Assembly: GCF_009914755.1 (NCBI RefSeq)
Contig: NC_060929.1
DNA from: the human T2T-CHM13v2.0 reference genome, Homo sapiens
Direction: 5' to 3' (one strand)
DNA: 64,000 nt
Shown here piece after piece: positions 25,498-39,508 of the stretch; position 1 is the first letter of the stretch, and every line of letters starts with the position of its first letter. The translations under genes were made by a program, and so were the position numbers. Below the pieces are notes generated by a model, which was not told the origin of the DNA, searched no databases, and saw only the letters and a list, made by a program, of their open reading frames with translations.

Positions 25498-27008
25498 TAG
25501 CTGGGACTACAGGCGCCCGCCAACCAAGCCCGGCTAATTTTTTGTATTTTTGGTAGAGACGGGGTTTCACCGTGTTAGCCTGGATGGTCTTGATCTCCTG
25601 ACCTCGTGATCCGCCCGCCTCGGCCTCCCAAAGTGTTGGGATTACAGGCGTGAGCCACCGCGCCCAGCCAATATATTGTTTATTTTCAAGGTAGATTACC
25701 AAACAGTATTATGCAATGACCCCACATTTTTCAAAGAAAAATATGTATTGATATTTATATGTAAGGGAAAAAAAGACTAGAAGGACATTAACCAAATGTC
25801 AAAAGTGGTTAATTATTGGATGATGAGAGTGTGGGTGACTTTTATTTCCTTCCTTTACTTATAGGTATGTCTTACAACAAATACATATTGCTTTTTTTTT
25901 AAGAGAGGATCTTGCTCTTTCACCACACCTGAGGTGCAGTGGAACCACCACGGCTCACTGCAGTTTTGACCACCCAGGCTCAAGCTATCCTCCCCACCTC
26001 AGCCTCCCAAGTAGCTGGGACCACAGGTGCGTGCTACCATACCTGGCTAATTTTTACAATCTTCTGTAGAGATGAAGTCTCTATATTGCCCAGGCTGGTC
26101 TGGAACTCCTGAGTTCAAGTGATCTTCCCGCCTCAGCTTCCCAAATTACTGAGATTACAGGCGTGTCCAGGAGCTTTTCTAATACAAAAGTTATTACTGA
26201 GAATAACTTTAAAAAAAAAATCTGTCGGCCGGGCGCGGTGGCTCACGCCTGTAATCCCAGCACTTTGGGAGGCCGAGGCGGGCGGATCACGAGGTCAGGA
26301 GATTGAGACCATCCTGGATAACAAGGTGAAATCCCGTTTCTACTAAAAATACAAAAAAATTACCCGGGCGTGCTTGCAGGTGCCTGTAGTCCCAGCTACT
26401 CGGGAGGCTGAGGCGGGAGAATGGCCTGAACCCGGGAGAAGAGCTTGCAGTGAGCCGAGATAGCGTCACCGCACTCCAGCCTGGGCGACAGAGTGAGACT
26501 CCGTCTCAAAAAAAAAAAAAAAGAAATCTGTCCAGTGGAGATTTTTGTACCCCTCCCATCACATTTCTTAGGAAGAAAATATCTGGGGCTGTGAGATGTT
26601 CCATTTTACCCTCAACCTCAACTATACCCACCCTGAACCACTGGATACAATTTTCTCTCACTGGGTGCACGGTGCTTCTGTCCTAATGGTCCAACCTTCT
26701 CAGTAGGTGAGGCAGTATGAGCTTTGCCACTCACCTACTGTGTGGCTTTTGGCAAGATCCTTCCCTTAGTTGGGCTCCAGTTTTTTCTTCTCTATAAATT
26801 CAGGAGCTAGAATCAATGATCTGCAAGGTCCTTTCTGGATGTAGCGAAAAGGAGACATTTAGAATCAGAAAACGCCAGGGGTAGATTTCAGAATGTGGGC
26901 ATTACCTCCCAGCAAAATATTCTTTACTATTCTCCTGTGTAAGGCCTCTAGCCCTGGCTTGGCTCCGTATCTCACACCAGTCATGGTGTAGGGCTGGGCA
27001 CAGGGTAG

Positions 27009-27557
<549 letters not shown>

Positions 27558-28221
27558 TGAGTGACCGTGCCCGGCCTAATTTTTGTATTTTTAGTAGAGA
27601 TGGGGTTTCACCATGTTGGCCAGGCTGGTCTCGAACTCTTGACCTCAGGTGATGCGCCAGCCTCAGCCTCCCAAAGTGCTGAGATTACAGGGGTGAGTCA
27701 CCGCGCCCAGCCGTTGGTTTTAACTATTTGGGGCACACACTGTGATTTTTTTTCTGACGCAGCTGGTACAGTGCTTGCTTGTAACAATTTGCAATTCACT
27801 AAGCTGAGCAGAGTCTGGACACCTCGAAGGCACACATACATGCCAGTGGCTGAGAACACAACATTCAAATCCTCTCCATCTGGGGCCTTGGTCCGGAAGG
27901 CCAATCTCACTGCAACCCGAGCGGCTATGAGACATCTCCCTCGTGGCAGGTGCCCGAGCTGTAGCCACGCGGCCTCTGGAAAGAGATGTGCTAAGTCCCA
28001 GGACTTCAGAAGAGCTCTGTGACCTTGGCCAAGTCCCTTCCTCCTTCAGGAGCGCTGCAGTGGGCCTAAGTGCCTCCTCCCGGGACTAGTACGGGGACGG
28101 TCGTGAGATCTGGACAACATTCGCCTTTTAATATTTATTGATCTTTTGTGACACGCGCGTGGGTTTCCATCAGCAATGAAGTCAACGGTCGCGGCGCTGG
28201 AGCCTGCAGAACTCGCGCTCT

Positions 28222-28237
28222 AGATCTCGCGAGATCT
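28222..28237. promoter_or_regulatory. CGCG element (TCTCGCGAGA, BANP motif) within the 16-bp perfect palindrome AGATCTCGCGAGATCT
   Basis: Exact TCTCGCGAGA at 28225-28234, followed immediately by a GC box, at the 5' edge of the CpG island. Confidence 0.85.
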
Positions 28238-28249
28238 CCGCCCAGGGCT

Positions 28250-28872
28250 TCGCAGCGTCACGCCCTCCGGGGCCGTGGCGGCGACGGCGGTGCGTAGCTT
28301 ACTCACAGGGGCGGCCCGTATCCCTCCGCCGCCGGCGCGGCTCGGCCCTCCCTCCCCTGGCCCGCCAATCCCCGCGCCTCCCGACCTGCCCCTCGGTCGG
28401 GCCCACCCCGTGCTCCGACGGCCCCACCCCGGCGGCGCAGCCCGCCCGCCCGCGCGTCCCTCGGTCCACCTGCAGCAGGGAGGAAGACAGGCAATCCCTC
28501 CGGCTGTCCGACCAAGAGAGGCCGGCCGAGCCCGAGGCTTGGGCTTTTGCTTTCTGGCGGAGGGATCTGCGGCGGTTTAGGAGGCGGCGCTGATCCTGGG
28601 AGGAAGAGGCAGCTACGGCGGCGGCGGCGGTGGCGGCTAGGGCGGCGGCGAATAAAGGGGCCGCCGCCGGGTGATGCGGTGACCGCTGCGGCAGGCCCAG
28701 GAGCTGAGTGGGCCCCGGCCCTCAGCCCGTCCCGCCGGACCCGCTTTCCTCAACTCTCCATCTTCTCCTGCCGACCGAGATCGCCGAGGCGGCCTCAGGC
28801 TCCCTAGCCCCTTCCCCGTCCCTTCCCCGCCCCCGTCCCCGCCCCGGGGGCCGCCGCCACCCGCCTCCCACC
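28250..28872 (+). other. UBE2D2: GC-rich 5' UTR part of UBE2D2 exon 1 (TSS position approximate)
   Basis: GC-rich stretch between the CGCG element/GC box and the ATG, containing GGC runs. The TSS cannot be fixed from sequence alone. Confidence 0.6.
28674..28682 (+). other. Minimal upstream ORF (ATG CGG TGA) in the UBE2D2 5' UTR
   Basis: The only ATG I found between about 28250 and the main ATG. Confidence 0.55.
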
Positions 28873-28896
28873 ATGGCTCTGAAGAGAATCCACAAG
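28873..28896 (+). CDS. UBE2D2: Ubiquitin-conjugating enzyme E2 D2 (UbcH5b), first coding exon (8 codons, MALKRIHK); the rest of the CDS lies beyond the window
   Basis: Strong Kozak context CCACCATGG, then ATG GCT CTG AAG AGA ATC CAC AAG and donor AG|GTAAGC (phase 0), inside a CpG island. MALKRIHK is the UBE2D2 N-terminus (UBE2D1 has IQK, UBE2D3 has INK). Confidence 0.95.
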
Positions 28897-29324
28897 GTAA
28901 GCGGCCGGAGGTCGGCTGCGCTGCTGGCCAGCTGAGCAGGCTGCGGCCTGCACTTCCCGCCGTAGTCTCCGTCGGGCTCGCGGCCTCCTTGGATCTTGCT
29001 GCCGGTGCTGGCCCCTCGGGGCGGCCTCCATACCCCACTCCCAGTGATGGCGCCCGTGGAGGCCCCGGCGCGCAGCCCGCGCTTAGGCCGGAGGTGCTCT
29101 CGCGGCCTCAGCGTTCCTCCCCGGCTGCCCTTCCAGGCCCGCATGGTGTGGACTCTTAGGGCTTCTCTCCAGTCTGGGACTGCCGCTGCACTTGAGGGCC
29201 ATTGTCGGGCCAGGATGGCGGGGTTGGGGCCGAGGGGGGCGCTGGGGCGTTGGGCGGCCCCTTCGACAGAGGTCGAAAGGGCTTCTCGCCCCATTTCTGT
29301 TCCCTCCTCCCACACCTGCCCTAG

Positions 29325-29488
29325 CTCCCTCCACAAAACCGCCTGAGCTCGGGCTGACAGAGGAAGCCGTTTTGCCCGATCCACAAGTATATCCTGAGTT
29401 CACTTACCTCTTGGGTGGCAGCACACATCGGTCCACCCTGCTTGTCCAGAAACTGTTAAGAGTTGGAAGTTCAGAAGAAAAAAAAAAG
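29325..29488 (+). other. UBE2D2: Candidate 164-nt alternative cassette exon of UBE2D2 with a premature stop
   Basis: Pyrimidine tract ending CCCTAG| at 29324 and donor AAG|GTGACT at 29489. The exon-1 frame reads LPPQNRLSSG then TGA (29355-29357). Consistent with my recollection of a short UBE2D2 isoform that starts at a downstream Met. Confidence 0.65.
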
Positions 29489-30010
29489 GTGACTTAATGA
29501 GGGAGGAGGGAAGTAGAGGGAGAATCATTTTATTCCTTGAGGTTGCTGTATGTAGTTAGAAACTAACACTTCCGTTTTGCAGGATTGGATCTAATAGAAA
29601 AGCTGTACATTGACAAAGGTAGAGGTAGAAACCTGAACATTGAAAACCACCAGAGAAATTATACAAAAGTTCCTTTCACAGCCTCTTCGCAAAATGGACT
29701 TGACGCTATTAGGTGATATGTTTACCGAGACTCTTAACTGGGAAGGGGTTTTACTAGATTTTGTATTAAAAAGGATTTCTTTGCTCTTTAAAGTGAAGGG
29801 TTATTTAGTTATCAATAAGGAGGTTTTCCTAATAATACATCTAGACTATAAGATTGGCTTAAAATTTATTTTTTTTCCCTTTCTGATGTTGTAACCTCTT
29901 AGTGCCACTTTCATGTTTTTTTTCTTAGAAGTAGGGAGGCACCACTATTAATTTCTGTTTGGTGTTTCACTTGGCTACTCAGATTGGCTATATTAAACCG
30001 GTAGCTACTT

Positions 30011-30163
30011 TTTTCTTCAATACATCTTTTTCCTTTTAGTGGAGAACGGGGTCTTGCCGTGTTGTCCAGGCTGGTGTGGAACTCCTGGGCTCAAGCTAGC
30101 CTCCTGTCTCTGCCTCCCTTAAGTGTTGGAATTACAGGCATCAATCAGCCACTGCACACGGCC
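30011..30163 (-). pseudogene. BC200 (BCYRN1)-like monomeric Alu retrocopy
   Basis: The minus strand has TAGCTTGAGCCCAGG and GACCCCGTTCTCCACTAAAAGGAAAAA, matching BC200 rather than a generic FLAM. TSD core GTAGCTACTT at 30001-30010 and 30171-30180. Confidence 0.75.
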
Positions 30164-30825
30164 TATACCTGTAGCTACTTAGAAGTAGGTACTGGGGTTA
30201 TCCATTCTGAATGATGGGATGGGGATGCAAGAGGAAGAGAACCAGTTTTTAGCTTGTCTTAAACTAAGTCAGAATACAGATTGATGATTTAAACACCTCA
30301 GCTCAGCGGTTGGTCCTCATTTCATTTTTGCTCAAAGACAGTGTGGAATCAGTCCCATTGGTTACTATAATTAGGTTAGCTCCTTAACTTCTTTTGACTC
30401 TGATTTCTAACAAATGAAGAAGGGCAGATTTTAGACAATAAATCTTGTACTAAAATGAAATGGTATTTGTTAAATACCATAAAGAAGCTTGAACCTTAAG
30501 CAAAGATGTCTTAAAGAACCGTTTAAGGGGCAGGGGAGCACACTGAGGAGTAGTCATCCAAAAAAAATATATACATATGTATTTTAAAGGCTTTTAGGAA
30601 TTGCTAGGTCCTTATAGAATCTAACTGGGAAGTTATCAAATACCTGTAGAAGCTTGTCCTCTTATTTTATAACCTGAGAAAGAGCAAGTGGGTATAATGT
30701 GTAATAATTTACAGATAAAGAAATGTAGACCTGCCGGGCGCGGTGGCTCACGCCTGTAATCCCAGCACTTTGGGAGGCTGAGGTGGGTGGATCACGAGAT
30801 CAGGAGATCGAGGCCATCCTGGCTA

Positions 30826-31053
<228 letters not shown>

Positions 31054-31241
31054 TTATATGTGTAACGGACTTTTTCAGAGAGGGAACTATCTCTTTGACA
31101 CAAAACATACGTTTTAATTAATAATACTTGCTCTGGTAATATAGTTTCTTATGAGTTGCTACATATTTTCTAGAATAGATTTTCCTTAAAATATGCCTTT
31201 GTAAGATTTTTTTAATAAAATCAAGTTTAGAAATAATTTGA

Positions 31242-31454
<213 letters not shown>

Positions 31455-31457
31455 TAG

Positions 31458-31754
<297 letters not shown>

Positions 31755-33129
31755 TGAACTCCTGACCTCAAGTGTTCTGCCACCTTGGCCTCCCAAAGTG
31801 CTGGGATTGCAGATGTGAGCCACGTCATCTGGCCTGGCCTGAACTTTTAGAATTCAATATTAACCATTTTCCCCTAGTTTATTCCCTAGAGCTCTTCACA
31901 AAGTATGGCTTGACTTCTCTGAGACAGCTAGTGATAAGAAAAATGAAGTTTATTTTGGTATACCACTCAAAAAGATTGTGAAAACAAAATGGAGATTAAT
32001 TTTTTTTTTCCAAACTCTTTGTACCACAATTTTAAGTTGAATAGCTGACTTCCTAGGCATGGATAAGATCAGTTCTATCTTATCTTCTGTCCTAGTAATG
32101 TGTCTGCAGTGGAATCCCCATTGCTTGGCTTCTATAATTGATCTTGAACCTTCCCAATTATCATTCCCTGAAAAAATAATTCTACTTAAATACCTTCTTG
32201 ACTTAAATGTCATGAGTTGCTACATCTGGGTTCTGATAAGATTTTTCTAAGAAAAACTACATTTGACATGTGACATCTTCAGGAATTCAATATCTTGTTT
32301 CTTTGACAGAGGGACGCTATTCATGTCTGTGAATTTGGCAGTCTTTGAAATGCCATGTCTTTTTTGGAAAAAGCTTTTGATGGACTTTATTTTGATATAC
32401 ATCTTAAGGTCCCCTGACCTATACTATAAGCAGAGCATAGCAAAGAGGGTCATTATGAACATTGTGTGTAGTTCTGGGCAGGGCTTGGGATCCTTTGGGA
32501 TTGTTGGTATCTACACCACATGGCCCCACCCTGCTATGTTTTAAGGTTTTCTGCTGACTTTTTAGGTCTTCAGCCTTGATTTTGATGCTTTGAGTGCCTG
32601 CCTCTAGCAGCACCACCCCCAGCCCTTTTCCAGTTGGCTGCATCTCATCTGTTGTGGGCTAAGAAACCAGATCACAGAGCTTATTAAAATTGTGTCTAAA
32701 ATAAGATCCAGTAGGCTCTTGACTGAAGAGGGCTTCATGTGCTCTGTGAACTGTGTGGTTTCCTTGGCTGATCGGAGACCTTTCTGACTTGCTTCCTGTT
32801 TTTCTTCTTTACTTTTGCTATACAGATGTAGGAGGCTTTTTGGTGCTCTTAGAGTGCTGTAATGTTGAAGTATTTGGTTAATTTCTCTATTCTTGGGAAG
32901 GGTAAAAGGCTAAATAAATATCTTGATTCTTTGAGGAGTTGAAGACTGACCAGAGTTGGATACTAAAAGCTTTTCTTAACAGTAATAGTGCATTGTACAT
33001 TTTAATGGTGTCCTACTAGTTGCAGATAACGTTTGGCATACATAGCTTTCAAACAAAGTAATGCCAGGATTATCACTTGATCTATTTCTGTGATAGAGAT
33101 TTTTTTTCTTTCTTTTTTTTTTTTTTTGA

Positions 33130-33318
<189 letters not shown>

Positions 33319-33458
33319 TGAACTCCTGACGTCAGGAGATCCGTCCGTCTCGGCCTCCCAAAGTGTTGGGATTACAGGTGTAAGCCACTGTGCCCGGCCT
33401 ATGGCTAGCTTCTTTTAAGGCGTCTCAAGACAAAGTTCTCAATGAAATAAAGATTTCA

Positions 33459-33845
<387 letters not shown>

Positions 33846-34074
33846 CTATCAGATGAGGGCAACTGCTAACCAGCTCCCTGCAAATGTTGCTATTGCTAAA
33901 ATCTGTGGGCCCAGTGTTGCAATATCTTCCATTCAAAAAAAAAAGAGAAGCCACAAATCCAGATTTTTTGGCAACCGATTCAACTTAAAAAAAAAAAGAA
34001 CAACAAAATACGCATTTTTGGTCGACATCAGTTTAGTATGTGGATTAAAGTAACCAGGGATTGGGGTTCATTAA

Positions 34075-34401
<327 letters not shown>

Positions 34402-34525
34402 TGATCCACCTGCTTCGGCCTCCCAAAGTGCTGGGAATACAAGCATGAGACACCGTGCCCGGCCTTAAGTAGTTTTTAAATACAATTCTAATTAACTTGC
34501 TTTTTTTTTTTGAGACCTCAGGTGA

Positions 34526-35021
<496 letters not shown>

Positions 35022-35304
35022 TGACAATACACTTTGAAAATGTCTGAGATTGGGAAGTTACCGAAGCATGATCTTAAAGAAAGTAGTTGTAACGCTGAAC
35101 AGTACTGTATTTTAAAAAATTGCTTAGGCTGGGTGCGGTGGCTTATGCCTGTAATCCCCCAGTACTTTGGGAGGCTGAGGCGGGCCGACCACCTGAGGTC
35201 AGGAGTTCGAGACCAGCCTGCCCAATATGGTGAAACCCCGTCTCTACTAAAAATACAAAAATTAGCCAGGTGTGGTGGCACTCACCTGTAATCCCAGCTA
35301 CTCA

Positions 35305-35406
<102 letters not shown>

Positions 35407-37264
35407 TCAAAAAAAAAAAAATTGCTTAAAAATACTGTAGGCCGGGCTGGGCGCTGTGGCTCATGCCTGTAATCCCAGCACTTTGGGAGGCCAAGACAGG
35501 TGGATCACAAGGTCAGGAAATCGAGACCATCCTGGCTAACACGGTGAAACCCCATCTCTACTAAAAATACAAAAAATTAGTCAGTGTGGTGGCAGGTGCC
35601 TGTAGTCCCAGCTATTCGGGAGACTGAGGCAGGAGAATGGCGTGAACCGGGAGGCAGAGCTTGCAGTAAGTGGAGATCGCGCCGCTGCATTCTAGCCTGG
35701 GCGACAGAGCGAAACTCTGTCTAGAAAAAGAAAAAAATGAAAATAAAAAATACTGTAGGCCGGGCGCGGTGACTCACGCCTGTAATCCCAGCATTTTGGG
35801 ATGCCGAGGTGAGTGGATCACGAGGTCAGGAGTTCAATACCAGCCTAGTCAAGATGGTGAAACCCTGTCTCTACTAAAAATATAAAAATTAGCCGGGCAT
35901 GGTGGTGAGCACCTGTGATCCCAGTTACTGGGGAGGCTAAGGCAGAGAGTTGCTTGAACCCGGGAGGTGGAGGTTGTGGTGAGCTGAGATCGCACCACTG
36001 CAGTCCAGCTTGGGCAACAGAGCAAGACTCCGTCTCAAAAAAGAAAAAAAAATACTGTACTAGAGGTGTGGTACCATATATTAGATTAATATTAGAGGTA
36101 AGGACTGATTGAATTCCTATCAAAATGATGAATTAACAGGTAGTCCTGTGGAGTATTGGGAACTTTAATAAATGGTTGTCTGAATATGGCTATTTAAATT
36201 AGTTCTATCTTGGATAGTTCTATCTTGGATACCTTCTTACTCCAAAAGGTGAGCTTCTTCACATAAGTTCTGGGAATTTTTTTTTCCCCACTAAAAAAGT
36301 ATTTTTTATTTCCTTTACAAAAGATCATTGAATTAAGGCACTTTCTTTGGCTCTACTAGATTGTTATTTAAATATAATTCAAACAGCCATCGAGGATAAC
36401 TGTTAATAAATCTAGGTTTTCTCTGAAGTCTCCCAGTGTATATTACTGTACTGATGACTGACAAGGAAGAGGTTTTGACAAGGTCCAATTCTGTATATTT
36501 CTCTTAAAATATCCTAGGCAGTTCCCAGGATAGGAGTATCTGACTCATGCCTCATGCTACCAGGAACCTTTGCAGCCTCATCCCAGAAATGCAGAAACAC
36601 ACTTGTTTTGTCTGTAGAAATAAAGTTTTGATGGTTAGATTTCCAGGCAAACCTTCAAAATCATGTTAAACTATAATATAGGGAAATAAAGTAGTGTTTG
36701 TTCTTCTGTCTGCAGAGTCAAGTGAGATTTTGGGTAATAGAATCATAAAATGTTAGCACTGCAGCACATCTCAGGGCTGCTGTCTGGAAAGGCCGTGTGA
36801 CCTACCAGGTAAGAGTAGGTCTGAATTGAGAACCTGGATTTCTGGACTGTCCAGTGTATTTTCTGGCAAGCCATGTGTTATCCTTACATAGCTGTTAGGT
36901 ATATAAATCCAGAGGATGCAGCCTTTTTTCTTTTGTTCAAACAATTGGATATTTAAACTGTGTCCTGGAACCTGAAGATCTTCCTCAACTTCCCTTTATA
37001 TGATTGGCAAGGTTGCTCATACTGCTTGAAACTGCAAATTTAGGCTTGACACAGTGGCTCATGCCTGTAATCCCAACACTGGGAGGCCAAGGTGGGAGGA
37101 TTGCTTGTACCTAGGAGTTCAAGACCAGCTTGGTCTGTAATGGGAGACCCTGTCTCTACAAAAGCGAAACAAAGTGAAACAAAATTAGCTGGGCATGGTG
37201 ATGTGTGCCTGTAGTCCTAGCTACTCAGGAGGCTGAGACAGGAGGATCACTTGAGCCTGGATGA

Positions 37265-37783
<519 letters not shown>

Positions 37784-37956
37784 TAGCCAGGATGGTCTCG
37801 ATCTCCTGACCTCGTGATCCACCCACCTCGGCTGGTTTGGAACTCCTGACCTCAAGTGATCCACCTGCCTTGGCCTCCCAAAGTGTTGGGATTACAGGCA
37901 TGAGCCACCACCCCCGGCTTTCTGCATATATCTTTCATCAGAGTCAAATGGATTTT

Positions 37957-38029
37957 GTTTTTTAAGTGAAAGCAAGTTTATTAGGAAAGTAAAGGAATAA
38001 AGAATGGCTACTCCCTAGGCAGAGCAGCC
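37957..38029 (-). mobile_element. L1-retroposed R-region fragment of an ERV1 (MER41/LTR8-type) LTR
   Basis: The minus strand reads GGCTGCTCTGCCTAGGGAGTAGCCATTCTTTATTCCTTTACTTTCCTAATAAACTTGCTTTCACTT plus an A-tail. 13-bp TSD TCAAATGG(A/G)TTTT at 37944 and 38030. Confidence 0.8.
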
Positions 38030-38181
38030 TCAAATGGGTTTTTAATCTCTAAAAAGACTAAAAACCACTGTCCTTCCACCTTAAACATTATTTTAATCTC
38101 AGCAGATGAACAGAGTACCTGTTCTGCAGAGAAAATATAAATCTTACGTGTGAGTTGTTAGGGATTTCCTTCAAGGTATTA

Positions 38182-38502
<321 letters not shown>

Positions 38503-39310
38503 TCAGCTATCCACTTTAGAGTACTCACTGTGCATCAGGAATTACTTGATCTTTTCAATAATCTTTCAATAATTCTGTTCTCCCCAGGTTAGATAAGGAA
38601 ACAGTGGGAGAAATAAACTTGCCTAACATTATATGGTTATGGTAGGAAGAACTAGGATTCAGATACAGGCGATCTTGACTGTAGAGCTATTGTGTCTCCA
38701 GATTTACTTGTTTTAGTCATAGCCCTTCTCCCCTCTAATCTCTAGAGAAGCTTTACTTTTCCCTTTGCCAAACTTAACTTTTGCTTTCCATCCTTTTCTC
38801 TCTCTCTCTTTCCCTCTTTCCTTCCTTCTCTCCCTCCCTCCCTCACTTCCTCCTTCCCTCACTCACTTCCTCCCTCCTTCCTTCCTTTTTCCTTTTCTTG
38901 TTTTTGCTCTCCGGTAATTGTCTTTGTTTTCATACTTCCAATCTCTTCTCCACTAACTCCTCTTAGCATCCAAACTTATCGAAGGTTTTCCCCTATAAAA
39001 AAAAAAAAAGCAGTAAAATAACTTTTTAAACTTCCCTCTTCCATAAGAGCTACTTCCTTCCTCATCTTTATCCTTCCCATCTCTGACATTTCAGTCCCAG
39101 AATTCTTGAAAGAATAGTCTATTCACTGTTCTGGAACTATTTAGTAAGGTCACTAATGATTACTTAATTGCCACATTCAGTGGATACCTAAGTTTTTATT
39201 TAACTTTCGTAATAGTTGACATGATTTTCATTCAGTTCCTTTGGCTTCTGATAAACTGCTTTCTTCTTCCTCATATCTGGTGTTTCCCAACTTTATTAGA
39301 ATGCTTATCA

Positions 39311-39508
<198 letters not shown>

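Larger units (their letters stand above)
28150..29350. promoter_or_regulatory. CpG-island promoter of UBE2D2
   Basis: Very high GC, dense undecayed CpGs, several GC boxes (CCGCCC/GGGCGG), no Alus. Confidence 0.93.

Noticed and set aside
28275-29403. Long overlapping ORFs on both strands (up to 220 aa) over the CpG island
   Set aside because: Stop-poor GC-rich sequence with Pro/Arg/Gly/Ala bias. Only the MALKRIHK segment matches a known protein.
32545-32760. Acceptor-like CTGACTTTTTAG|G in intron 1 considered as UBE2D2 exon 2
   Set aside because: The downstream sequence does not encode ELNDLARD and I found no convincing paired donor.
36200-36230. Short exact tandem duplications (TAGTTCTATCTTGGA x2; also at about 12203 and 59971)
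   Set aside because: Ordinary slippage duplications with no sign of function.
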